The translations under genes and the position numbers were made by a program. From Octopus vulgaris (taxonomy: Eukaryota): a DNA stretch of 64,000 bases. A model generated the notes under the pieces. The model did no database searches and had not been told where the DNA came from. It saw nothing but the letters and a program-made list of their open reading frames with translations. The DNA is taken from assembly GCA_951406725.2 (NCBI GenBank), contig OX597820.1:77624001-77688000 (forward strand). Direction: 5' to 3'. Below, piece after piece: positions 1 through 12,019 of this stretch; within the stretch, counting starts at the first letter, position 1; each line of letters opens with the position of its first letter.

Positions 1-415
1 CTTTCTGACATCCATCATCTGCTGAAAACAATTGAAACCACAATCTAGTTATGCAGCAAGATAAAGTTTTTTTCGTATCGTCTCTCCGCGGGCATAAATT
101 TATCCTCTTACTGTGGACTCTTGTGAGTGGTCGCAGATGATGGCCTGCTACTGCTTGGTTTGTCATCCAAACAGTTTTCACCTTTTTAAAACTTCTTTAC
201 ACATTTGTGCACATTGACAAAAGTGTCATTTCTGTTGAAAATCACTAGAATTCTGAAAATGCTGAACAACCTGCGCACTTTCTCGTCAAGTATTCAATGC
301 CGGTAGGTTGCTTCTGGTTAGCACTCATTATTTGCCTGCAATGAGGAGCAGAAGGGCTGGTTATTCTATAGGGATACATATTCTACCACCGTGTGCAATT
401 TCAACGACCTATACC
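1..415 (-). mobile_element. Degenerate mariner-like transposon, 5' part (runs off window start)
   Basis: Minus strand gives a degenerate start at 328 (MSANQKQ...) and DDKPSSSRPSSAT, resembling the mariner HTH linker DD.RSGRP. Confidence 0.45.
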
Positions 416-1210
416 GGGTATTAAATTATTTTGCTCTCATTTACAAAGTTTTTATATATGTATGTACTCGAACACATACACAGACTAATATATTTACCTG
501 CGTTTGTAAACAGATATATTCACGATATGCATAAAAATTAAATATTCGTTCCCTTTCACATAATTCAATAAAGTCCCCATCCCCTACAAATCGTTGTGGC
601 TAAGTATCCAATTGCTCTTGAGACACGAGGCACTGTAGATTTCCAAACAACCACGATTATGAAACATACATGGGAACAAATGAATAAAATTTTATTTACC
701 GTAATTTCTCCTAAAACATAAAAATGAATACACATTTGTGCAAAGGTCAACAAATAAATCTGAAACTCTTAAAGTCTTAAGCTTTGGAGGCGCCTTGAAG
801 TTACGTAAACGGGAAACGAGGTGGGTAAGTTTTCGATTTGAACTAACACAGTTCAATGTTTTTTTTTTCTTGTAAAGTGGCATTCTATGGTAAATCATAG
901 GTTACAATATGGAAAATATAGTGTTCGTGTTAGACTTCAGGTATGCTCCATTTACTGGCAAAATTTTTTTGAGAAAACTTTTGTGAAACGTTTGTAAAAA
1001 GCGAAAATCTAGTGTTAAGGTTTTTGCTGGGGTGAAAGTATATTTGTATTTTATTCATGTGAATCTCAATTCACTCTCTTCATATCTCTTCCTTTGTATT
1101 CGTGTATATTTTTAAAAAGAAGTTGTAATTAATCTCTGTCACGGAGCCCTATTATTAAATGCACACAAGGTATGCAAATAAATTCATATTATACACACAC
1201 ACATACATAC

Positions 1211-1269
<59 letters not shown>

Positions 1270-1307
1270 TGTGTGTGTGAGAGAGAGAGTGTGTGTGTGT
1301 GTGTGTG

Positions 1308-1344
<37 letters not shown>

Positions 1345-3120
1345 CGACCAAAAGTACAAACATTTAAGAATACTTTAGTTAAGTTTTCCGTAGAATGTGC
1401 TTAAGCATCGTTTTTGATGATGATGTAACGGAGGCCAACTTTTTAGATATTACACTAAATTTGCACAATAATTCTTACTTCCCATACCACAAATCATCGA
1501 CCAATCTTAAGTATATTAGCAAATTCAGTAATCATTCTAGGGCAATTACTTAGAACTTAGTTAAGAATATCTCATTTAGATTGTCTAAATTATCTGCTAA
1601 TGTTGACATTTTCAACGACAAGGCTGAATTTTATAACTCTGCTTTATTTAAAGCAGGTTATACACAGAAAGTTACCTACATTAATTCCATTCAATCTTAT
1701 TCTACATTTACTAATGTAGATATGAAATCTAGTAAGGATATAAACGATATCAATTTTAATTTATACGCCAGCACCAAACAGAGTAAGGGAGATAACCCAT
1801 ATTTAAACCCCTATTTTCGTTCTCAATGTAACTCTATATTATTCAAAGATAGTTACACTAAAAATAAGGTACCTAATAGTAAAATCATTTGGATAAATAT
1901 TCCTTATGGGAGGCGAATTAAATCTAATTTTACTTTGTAGTTTTCTGGAATTATTATTAGGAATTTTCCAAAGAATTCTAGATATTACTCTATTACGAAC
2001 TCACACACGGTTGGGACTGTTTTTTCAAACGCAAAAAGATATCTTACAAATTATCTCCTGCCTGTCAAATAGGGATAGATTTTTTAATACTATCATTAAT
2101 TTAGCTAATACAATCGATCCCCCTAGAAATATTAATAACAAGATTATTGTATCTGAAGTCAATTACAACGGAATCAAGTTTATGTCCAGTAACTCTAAAA
2201 TTAAAAATCCTATATACCAATGTAAAACTACTTCTGATAATGAAGTATGTTTTAATATAGGATGTTCATCTTTTCAGTTACCTAAAAAAATGTAATCATT
2301 AATCTACATTTATGGATAGAAATAGACGCAACAGCACAGGGCTTAGGGAATTAATTTGGTATCTAAAAGTCCACAATAAATAATATAATTTAGATTGGTT
2401 GAGTCTCTCAATGTCGATAACTTATGATAAAGGCAAGGAATTCTGTCTTCTCTGTAATTCTGAACTATTTTTTATTCTTTTTCTTTCTAAAACCCCCCCT
2501 GTGAACACGGTTATAGAGCGTGCATACCGATGTAAACATTGGCAGGAACACACATCTAGTTCATATAAGTGATATATATCATTATATATAATTTAAACGT
2601 TAATTTTCGTCTTATATTTCACATTCCCTTGATATATTTTTCCAAGACCTTAGAGTTTTACTTGAGTTTCATATCGTTATATTCTTCTCGTTTATTTAGG
2701 GTTTTTTTTTTCTTTCCCTTATCCCTCCTTTTTCTATAGGCTACCTTTGACGTTATATCCTCTAACGTTTTTTTAAAACAATCTTAATAGCGTTCATTTA
2801 AGCACTATTCACATCCATCATATTCTGAGAAAACGTTTTATTGACGAGTTTTATGTCTTCATTTCCCTTAAGAGAGGATTACATTGTTTTACACCAATTT
2901 ATTCCTTTGGAATAATACCAGTGATATCTTCGAAACATGTGTCGGAAGTACAAGAATTTGAGTAACACCTGCGTTTAACTCCATTTATTTATATATTATG
3001 CAAAATAGTTCACGTAAACCCGGAGTTTCTACCTTTAAAAATAAGGAATTGCACCCTTTTTACTTGTGATTTTTTGCTACTCTGATAAATATTTATCTAT
3101 ATTTCCGTGTTAATTGTTAA
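1345..3120 (+). mobile_element. 5'-truncated, decayed Penelope-like element (RT thumb + GIY-YIG endonuclease + pLTR)
   Basis: Across frames: FLDITLNL..YFPYHK..YISKFSNH, RLSKLSANVDIFN..Y.SAL.KAGY, KIIWINIPYG, IYQC..NIGCS, CLLCNSE. Hammerhead remnant at 2863. (TA)n on both flanks. Confidence 0.85.
2863..2947 (+). ncRNA. Type I hammerhead ribozyme with one core mutation
   Basis: ttcc-CTTAAGA(=CUGANGA with G>T)-gaggat...atcttc-GAAA-catgtg-TC-ggaa. Confidence 0.7.
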
Positions 3121-3140
3121 CAAGGGAAAATACACACATC

Positions 3141-3144
<4 letters not shown>

Positions 3145-3210
<66 letters not shown>

Positions 3211-3342
3211 GTATCTATATCTATATATATGCATATGTATATGGATATATATATGTATAGATATATATATATATGTATATATATAGACATATATATGTAT
3301 ATATATATATATATGCATATATATATGTATATAAGTATATAC

Positions 3343-3395
<53 letters not shown>

Positions 3396-3521
3396 AGAGA
3401 TATATATGTATATAAGTATATACATATGTATATATATATGTATATATATATATATATGTATATATATAAGTATATATATATGTATATATATGTATATATA
3501 TGTGTATATATATATATATGT

Positions 3522-3595
<74 letters not shown>

Positions 3596-3610
3596 CATAT
3601 ATATATATGG
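3145..3610. repeat. Long imperfect (TA)n microsatellite
   Basis: Directly visible. Confidence 0.95.
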
Positions 3611-3644
3611 GGCTCCCTGTATCTTTGTGTTTATTCAATATCAC

Positions 3645-3836
3645 TGCTGATAGCCGGTGTTTGTATGTTTATGTCCCCGTACTTACCAGTCCGGCAAATA
3701 TTACCCATAGCATAATAGCAAGCTTTAAAAATTAAAGAGTGCGGTGGATTCTTTCGAGCAAAATTTCAAGGTGGAGCCCCAGCATGGCTGTAGGGTAATG
3801 ACTCAAACTAGTAAAATATTATAAAATGATAAAAGA
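3645..3836 (+). mobile_element. SINE 3' half (family 1 tail)
   Basis: ggtggagccccagcatggctgtag...gactcaaactagtaaaa matches the tail at 57177-57235. Confidence 0.65.
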
Positions 3837-3918
3837 TATATATATATATATATCTTTTATCATTTTATAATATATATATACAGAGAGAGAAAGAGAGAGA
3901 TGCATATATATATACATA

Positions 3919-4072
<154 letters not shown>

Positions 4073-4109
4073 TACATATATATATCTTATTGTTATAATA
4101 TCATTTTTT

Positions 4110-5250
4110 AAAGAAAATGGAGAGATTATAAATTAATCAGTTAATTAATATTACCTACTATTGTTTCAATTCACAGCCAGTACAAATTTCAAAAGATATA
4201 TAAGACCTCAGAAAAGCACTAACTGAGAGACACCATCTACCCTCACTTATAGATGTTTGAATTAAACTTGCCAAGAAATTAGATATCAAAACTCAATGAT
4301 AAACAAAACGAAACACCGCACCTCATTTCAAAATACTCTGATATGCTTCAGCTCACAATCTTAGGAACAATGGCGTATAGAACGCTATTGTACATAATCT
4401 ACTAATGCTGACTAGGGGTCCAAAAACGAACTACATTCTGAAAACACATAAATTCATCAATTGTAAAAAACAAACCAAATCGTTGAAATGACTTCTGACA
4501 AATGCGAAGCTTTACACAACAACCACAAATATTTAAAACCAATATTTAAAACGTTTGGAAGTCCAAACTGTGAGACATGCCCCATCCTACTGGAAGGTAC
4601 AGAATTCGAATTCAAACAATGAGAGAGGATCACAATTAAGACCAACTTCACTTGTGCGTCCGAGAATTTAGTTTATGCTATAAATTGTTCAGGTTGTGGA
4701 CTGCCAAGTATGACACTTAGACGGAGCACTACACTACATAAGGAACAGATCCGTTTCCAAAAGTATTGACAAATAGTTTGAGGGAACACATAGAGATATG
4801 TGCAGAGAATCTACAACCAAATTTCACAGTTTTCCCCATCTACCAATGCAAAAAAGAATTTTTGTACAAGAAGGTTTAACAATGAAAATTTAATTATCGA
4901 AAAATAGAACATTCCTAAATATGAACGCAAAACCAACTTTAGGTTCAGTATATATTTTAATTCATAATCACTTATCCATCACTGTACATAAATCAACTTA
5001 CTACTTTAGTTTATGAGTTTTAGTATGTTTATTTAACCCTCCAAAAAATGAGCAAATACTTCCCGTCCCGAGTAATAACTATAACCAATTACCTCCCCTT
5101 ATATTTTCAACTTGTTCATTCATTCACAAATCTTCATACAAGAACATAGACTAAGATCTTCTTAAAAAAATACGAAATTACAATAATTTCAATGTCATGA
5201 TTAGCGAATGCGAAACCGATCGACAACCATAATACACTTTCATTTAAAAT
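4110..5250 (+). mobile_element. Decayed Penelope-like element 3' part (Cys linker + GIY-YIG + pLTR)
   Basis: PNCETCP...FTCASENLVYAINCSGCG...HKEQI...EHIEICA...FTVFPIYQC; hammerhead remnant at 5193. Confidence 0.8.
5193..5225 (+). ncRNA. Mutated minimal hammerhead ribozyme
   Basis: tgtc-ATGATTA-gc gaat gc-GAAA-ccga-TC-gaca: stems I and II pair, two core substitutions. Confidence 0.55.
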
Positions 5251-5371
5251 ATGCTAAAACTATGTCACACATACACATGTGCAAGAAAGAAACAGAAAAT
5301 ACAAAATGAAAGATCGAAGGAAACTTGCAAATTTTATTCACAACGTGTTAGTCAAACGAAATCTATTGCAG

Positions 5372-6645
5372 GTGGTGTGCAGTAGAAGCGAAACTGCTAC
5401 TCAATTACTGTGAGGCGAACGTCTTTTCTAGGTTCCCTCTTGTGCCTTGTACTCTAGCATGATAGAAAAAATAAGTTCTTTTAGATAGATTACATCGGAA
5501 ATAGAATCACTCAAGTTGCAGATAATGGAATTGCACAATATGCAAATCGATAGTTAACGTGACACAAAAGAAAGAACCTGAGAAACTAGTTTAGAGATGA
5601 AGCACAAAACCCAGGATGAGAATTCCACAGCTTAAATATATATGGCGCCTGTATATTCCTTATCTAAACTTTCGACACTTGTTCTAAGTTCCAATTTCCA
5701 AACTAAGTACATGCATACGAACAGTTTTTAACACCACACGCAATCACACACATATGGATATAGAGATAACGCTTATAAAAGGAACCGGCAGATACACAAA
5801 CTCACTCACTTATATATATTAATATTTGGTTCACATTTACTTTTTATTATATACCCGTGCGTTATGCAAAACAAATTAAGAAAGAAATACGTTACAAAAA
5901 AATAATAATTCTACGTTTATATCATACTCTGTTTACCTAATATTTTGTTGCCATTCTTATCTACAAAATATACTCATATATTTAAAAAATATTCATATGT
6001 AAAAAAATCTCATAAATAATTCGTTGTTTTTCTTTTCTCTTTTCCCCCCCTCATTTTGCAGTTAATGAAGAAAACGCCTATGACTGGCATACGGTATTTA
6101 GTTTCCAAATCATTTTAGATTTATTATATATTTTATCTCGTCTTTCTATATCGTTTACAGCATTTCTATATTGTTTATCCATGTTTGTAGGCGCCAATAG
6201 CCAAGTGAAACCGAACTGGAAAACCAGGATATATTTCAATAGCATTATTTTCAAAAATGGTATCATAAAAAATAAACCTTGCCAGAAATAGTTCATGTTT
6301 TAGTTGTAAAAGAGGTAGGAAAAAAACATGATTTTAACACTACCGTCATGGAAATCACATGATTTTCACACCACATTCACTGAAAACCAAAACATATAGA
6401 AAATACTACAACTACACCCACAGATGTAACGAGATTGAGAGGTAGATATATTGGTCGATACGTCTGGGTGTGCTGGGACTGCCTGCGTAAGTATTTCATA
6501 TATGTGTGTGTATAAGCGGAAGGATAAGGCTTTGAGCATGCGTCAAAATACAAATCTATCTATCCATTAGTCTCTCTTTCTGTCTTTCTGTCTGTATGTT
6601 TCTCTATCTCACTCTATCTCTCTCCATCTCTCTTTGCATATATAC

Positions 6646-6704
<59 letters not shown>

Positions 6705-6706
6705 GT

Positions 6707-6749
<43 letters not shown>

Positions 6750-7709
6750 AGAGATATATATACAAATATACATATATACTTATTACCCCTTGAATATTAT
6801 GTAAGACTCTCACCCGCTTTTCCTCTTTCTACCCCCTTTTCGTTCCTCTTCTTTCCCTCTCTGTTTCTTTCACCCTCTCGTTCTCGATTTTCTTCCTTAG
6901 TCGTTCCTCCTCTATCTATCTTTTTACTCCCTCTATCTCCCTATCGTTTCTCTGTCCCTCTGATTTCCTCTTCCCTCTCTCGTATTTCTTAGTCCCTTTT
7001 CCTCCTGCCTCTTTTCTCTCAATCTCTTTTGCTTTCCTTCCTTACCTCCCTTGTACCTTGTTTCTCTCTCTCACTCTCTCCTTCACATCCTGTGATCCAT
7101 CCCTCTCATTATTTGGTTCTTATGATTTCTTTCCTCCCTTTCCTATTTCTTTAGTCCCTCTGTCTTCTTCAACTTATCCCCTCCTCTAGCATGTGATCGC
7201 TCTACAGCTTATGCACTGTCGTTCTTTTTCGGCTGACCGTCTTTGAGGTCAGTGGGATCTGTTCTAATCAGTCTCGCCACCCGGCCAGTAAGATTTTCCT
7301 TTTCCGTTTTCCTTGCGCTAGTTTACTGATAGTCGACACACTCTGTTTCTTTTGTTTTATGTATGTCGTTTGGCCGAAAGGCTTTTCTTCATTGTATATG
7401 TATAATTCTATTTCCGATGTTACGTTTGTCCGATAGTCGAAAGACCCTTTCTGCTTATTTCCCTTTGTTTGTATATGTACATTCGTTTACCTTGCTCAGG
7501 GGCTTAATACCTTCAGCTTAAGTCTTTGACCCAACTGGTTTCGAGTAGTATCGGAGAGAACTAGACGAACCTACGTGGACATATCGGACGCCGACTGAAG
7601 AAGTAATTGGCTGCGAATGATACGTGTATCATGTTTTGTCCTGTTTGCCGTTGTTGTGTTATCGTCCTACTTGTTATGATTTCAGAATTGCCGTTTGTAG
7701 TGTTTTTAC

Positions 7710-7753
<44 letters not shown>

Positions 7754-7817
7754 TATGTATACATGCACAAGTTTTCTTTTGTGACAAACAGACAGATAGA
7801 CAGACAGACAGACAGAC

Positions 7818-7888
<71 letters not shown>

Positions 7889-8509
7889 CGCATTTAGGTC
7901 ATTTTGAGGAGGTAGTATGGTATGCTCTAAAAATGGATTAATAACTTCTCATTCCAGCATCCTAAGAGAAAAGAAGCATGGTCAAAACAAAATCTTGATA
8001 AGCTCAGCATCCCCTAAAGCAAGGTTCATGTTGAGTGAACACAGCTGGTAAAATCAAAGTTCAAGGAGTTTCTGAGGCAGCCAGTTGAGCCTCTTTTCCA
8101 AACTAGAGTAGGACACCATACTTTTTTCGAAGAGCTCTTGAAATTTCAACAAGTGAAATAGTTTAAATGTGATGACATGGTGGAGATGAAATGTTACGAA
8201 CGGGATATGCAAGACGATGACTTTCCGATCTTTTAGGAAGAGAATAATAATAAGATCAAGTGGTTCAGGAGAACCCCATAACTATGCATTGAAAGAAAAA
8301 TATGTTTGGAATTTTCCAGAAGATTGAAAAAGATCTATCTAAAGAATGAGTATATAGATACGGCAGTAAAGACAGATTGAATTGCTGTAACGCTTGGCTA
8401 CTTAACTCGTAAGACAAAACAAAATAAGTATTGGAGATTTGCTGTATGTTTGATAATTGCGATCACCGTCGGGTGTGTAGTATACAATTTAATAGAGGAG
8501 GGTCTTTGA
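5372..8509 (+). pseudogene. Candidate decayed claudin/PMP22-like tetraspan gene, copy 1 (exons ~5372-5580, 6062-6259, 8358-8509)
   Basis: Exon 6062-6259 has a strong polypyrimidine+ttgcAG acceptor, a G|GTATCA donor, phase 1-1, and is stop-free (YDWHTVFSFQIILDLLYILSRLSISFTAFLYCLSMFVG). Exon 8358+ continues in phase 1: IAVTLGYLTRKTKQNKYWRFAVCLIIAITVGCVVYNLI, with one internal TGA. Confidence 0.4.
6790..7715 (+). mobile_element. Probable PLE 3' UTR/pLTR remnant with CT-rich tract
   Basis: Pyrimidine-rich tract, then a degenerate hammerhead (gac-CTGAAGA...GAA-tgatac gt gtatca, ~7593-7640); ends in (TA)n. Confidence 0.4.
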
Positions 8510-8905
8510 AATAGCACGTGCACAACAAAATCAACGATTTATGTTGGATTATTAACGCAACTTCCGAATAAATATCGTCAAACTTGCGCAGACAAGAGAA
8601 ACGTATTTTAAATGGTTGCACTTTTCCCCCTCCTCTACATTACCCTGTTACAGAGTAAAAATAGGAGACCAAGCCTGGAGAGCGACAGCAACGACAAGAC
8701 AAATTATCAGCCCTGATGGCTTTCTGGAACAATGTCATCACCTTCTTGTGACAAGAAGATACTTCTGCCATTTGGGAAACTCCTTTTCTGGGCGAGGATA
8801 ATCTTTAAGTCTTCCACACCGAAATCTCATCACCTGAAGGACGGAAGGCAAACTCAACATCGGCGGCATTTGAACTACTACTACTACTATTACTACTACT
8901 ACTAC

Positions 8906-8963
<58 letters not shown>

Positions 8964-8967
<4 letters not shown>

Positions 8968-10315
8968 GATGATGAAAAGTGTCGGTTGTTCACAACCAGC
9001 AGCCTAAGGTGACATTTGTTTACTGGTCATGATTCAAGAATCTAGCGAAGTATTCTTGCAGTTCCAAGTAATGCTGGGTCTTGTGAGTGTTCTACCATTA
9101 CTTTTCTACCAATCTGTCTGAGCGATGATGGTAGTTGAGTGCTGACACTTCTAAGTGTCCCAATTATTCTATTCTCCTCATTAACCATAACCTTCGTATT
9201 ACCCACTTCAAATCATCGTAGTTGTTCAGTTTTACTTCTTTCTCTCTGATCCTGTTGTTATGGGGACATGCTAATTTGATTATCATGCATGGTCTTCCTT
9301 TTTTCTTCACCTCAACAATGTTCAGTTCCCTATGTCTGATTAGATGATTACACTGAATCCTTGCATTCCACAGGATTTTGCAATTTTCGTTCTCGGCGAC
9401 TCCTTTTGGGATGTGTTCATATCACGTATTTGCTCTTTGTAGACCGTGATTTCTACAGAGCTCCCAATGGATCATTCTTGCCACAATATCATATGGTCTT
9501 TTGTAATTGCGCTGTGCCAATTTAGGGCATTCGCTAACGATGAGCCATACCGTTTCACCCATTTCACCACACATTCTGCATTTGTCGTTGTTAGTAATGT
9601 TGCCGATTTTATATTTTACATAAGTTAGTCATTAACGCTTGTTCTTGAGCTGAGCACATAAGTGCTTTTGTCTCTATCTTCAGGCCGCTCCTCTTCATAC
9701 ATAACCACAGGTCTTTTGTATCTGTCTTGGTATTCGTATCTCTTGCAGACTGACCATACATTATTTTCTCCTTTGAATACTGCTTCCTTTTTGTGTTCTT
9801 TTCCTCTTTAAGTTTTTCGTCCGTAACATAATCATAAATTTTGATGATGCTAGACTTCTTGACATGTTTCAACAATAGTTTCACTGTATATTTTACATAC
9901 CACCCTAAGCTCTTTTCTTCTTCTTCGATACAATCGAGGCAACTGATCGAACCTCTCGCACTACTTTCTTTTGGACAAGTACAGCCTATCATGACTCGTA
10001 GGTTGGAAGGTTCCGTGCTCTGTCAAAATTTGTCTTGTCTTTGTATCCATGTACATGCCATGTACATGTTTCCAGCTCCATACCAAAGTGATGTAATCAC
10101 CTATCTATTAACTGCTTGCATGTTATTGCATTCAGTCAATTTGGAACGCAACATCAATCGTAGACTTCGGGAACATGCCAGCTTTAGTTGTCCTTTCATT
10201 TCCTTATCCATTATCTCGTTGAACTCTAGTCTGCCAAAGTATTTCTAACCTCCATTTTCAATTTGTATAATCAGTCAAAGTATTTGTAGCCTTCTTTTTC
10301 AATTTGTTTTATTGT
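8964..10315 (-). mobile_element. R4/Dong-type RLE non-LTR retrotransposon fragment (family A)
   Basis: LKIETKALMCSAQEQALMTN; C-terminal ALLGTARIL; 3' end abuts (TAA)n at 8875-8963. Confidence 0.85.
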
Positions 10316-10326
10316 TGTTATTATTA

Positions 10327-11895
10327 GCGTGCTTTCACTTCACTACCGAGTGCAGCTCTGTCTACCTCGGGTATGTGCTGTGGTTTGTTGTGATGCTCTT
10401 ATGGTTACTGTATTGAAAGTGTTTTGAATAGGATGTGTGCAGTGCCAAGTAATGCAATTTTCTGTATCTTATATATATTTGTAATTCCTGGCTGTTTTGT
10501 TATGTTTTTGTCTGGATATTTTTATCATACCTAATACGCCTACTATGACAGGAATTGTTTCTGTTTTTAGATTCCACATTCGAGTTACCTCTATTTCCAG
10601 GTCTTTGTATTTTGAAAGTTTTTCCATTTCTTTTAGAGAAAGTTGTCATCTGCTGGTATTGATACATCAATTAGAAAGCATTTTGTCATGATCTCTGACA
10701 ACTATATCTGGCGCATTAGCCTTAATTTCTCTCTTTTGTGTATTGGCATATCCCAGAGTATAGTTGCTTTCTCGTTTTCTGTGACCTTTTCTGGCGTGTG
10801 TCCAAACCATCTTTTTTCTGTTATCATTCCATAGTGTTAGTATAGCTTCCAGTGAATGTAGGTCCCAACACTGTCGTGTCTGTGAATATATTCCTTCGGG
10901 GCCAGAACTGGGCAGCCAGAGATAATATGATTTATTGTTATTATTATATTATGAAAACTCTCACCTCGCTGAATATGATGAAAAGTGTCGGCTGTTCACA
11001 ACCATCAGCCTAAGGTGACACTTGTTTACTGGTCATGATTCAAGAATCCAGCGAATTATTCTTTCGTCCTTAACGTAATCATAAATTTTGATGATGCTAG
11101 ACTTCTTGACATGTTTCAACAATAGTTCCACTGTATTTTTTACATACCACCCTAAGCTCTTTTCTTCTGCTTCGATACAATCGAGGCAACTGATCGAACT
11201 TCTCGCATTACTTTCTTCTGGACAAGTACAGCCTATCATGACTCTTAGGTTGGAAGGCTCCGTGCTCTGTCAAAATTTGTCTTGTCTTTGTCCATCTCCA
11301 CATATTCTGCAATTACTTGTTATGTTTCTTTTCCTTATATGTTTTTGGAAATTTCCAGTAGGGAGGCTTTGGTTTTGTGCTGCAATTAAAAACCCTTCAG
11401 TCTCTACTTTGAGTCCTGGGCATCTCAACCATTGCTGGGATTTTTCTCTGTCTATTTCTTTGCATTTAGTTTGGCCCAGTATTTGCCAAGAAGGGGCTCT
11501 TCTTGCCTTCGTCTTATCATGGTCCGTTGCTGTTCTAGTTTTAGTTTGGATTTCATTTGTCTCATAGCTTTTGTTGATTCTTCTTCTTCTTCTTCTTCTT
11601 CATCTTCTTCTTCTTCTTCTTCTTCTTCTTCTTCTTCTTCTTCTTCTTCTTCTTCTTCTTCATCTTCTTCTTCTTCATCTTCTTCTTCTTCTTCTTCATA
11701 TTTGTTAGGTGGTATGATTTCTTGTTTGCATTTGTCAGCTTCCTTAAATACTGATAACAGTATTTTGTTTTGCTCGTGTTTTGTGTCTATTTGTATTACG
11801 TTTCCTTGCTTCTGAAGTAGGTATGTTTGCAGTCCTATGGTGGTTATTTTATAATAGTTTTCCAGCTATATAAGGCCTCTACCATCTTCTATACA
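10327..11895 (-). mobile_element. R4/Dong-type element (family B), interrupted by a nested family A copy; contains an in-frame (GAA)n tract
   Basis: GRGLI.LE.YYK.TTIGL, GLKVETEGFLIAAQNQSL, CRICG, RHD, KIALLGTAHIL; 5' end abuts (TAA)n. Confidence 0.85.
10951..11285 (-). mobile_element. Nested, internally deleted family A R4-type copy
   Basis: Near-identical to 8964-9058 joined to ~9815-10043; short (TAA) tail at 10936-10951. Confidence 0.85.
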
Positions 11896-11916
11896 TTATT
11901 ATTATTATTACTTATT

Positions 11917-11955
<39 letters not shown>

Positions 11956-11965
11956 TTCATCATCA

Positions 11966-12019
<54 letters not shown>

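Noticed and set aside
7225-7275. Resemblance to U2 snRNA (atctgttctaatcagt)
   Set aside because: Short partial match lacking the branch-pairing motif and the rest of U2
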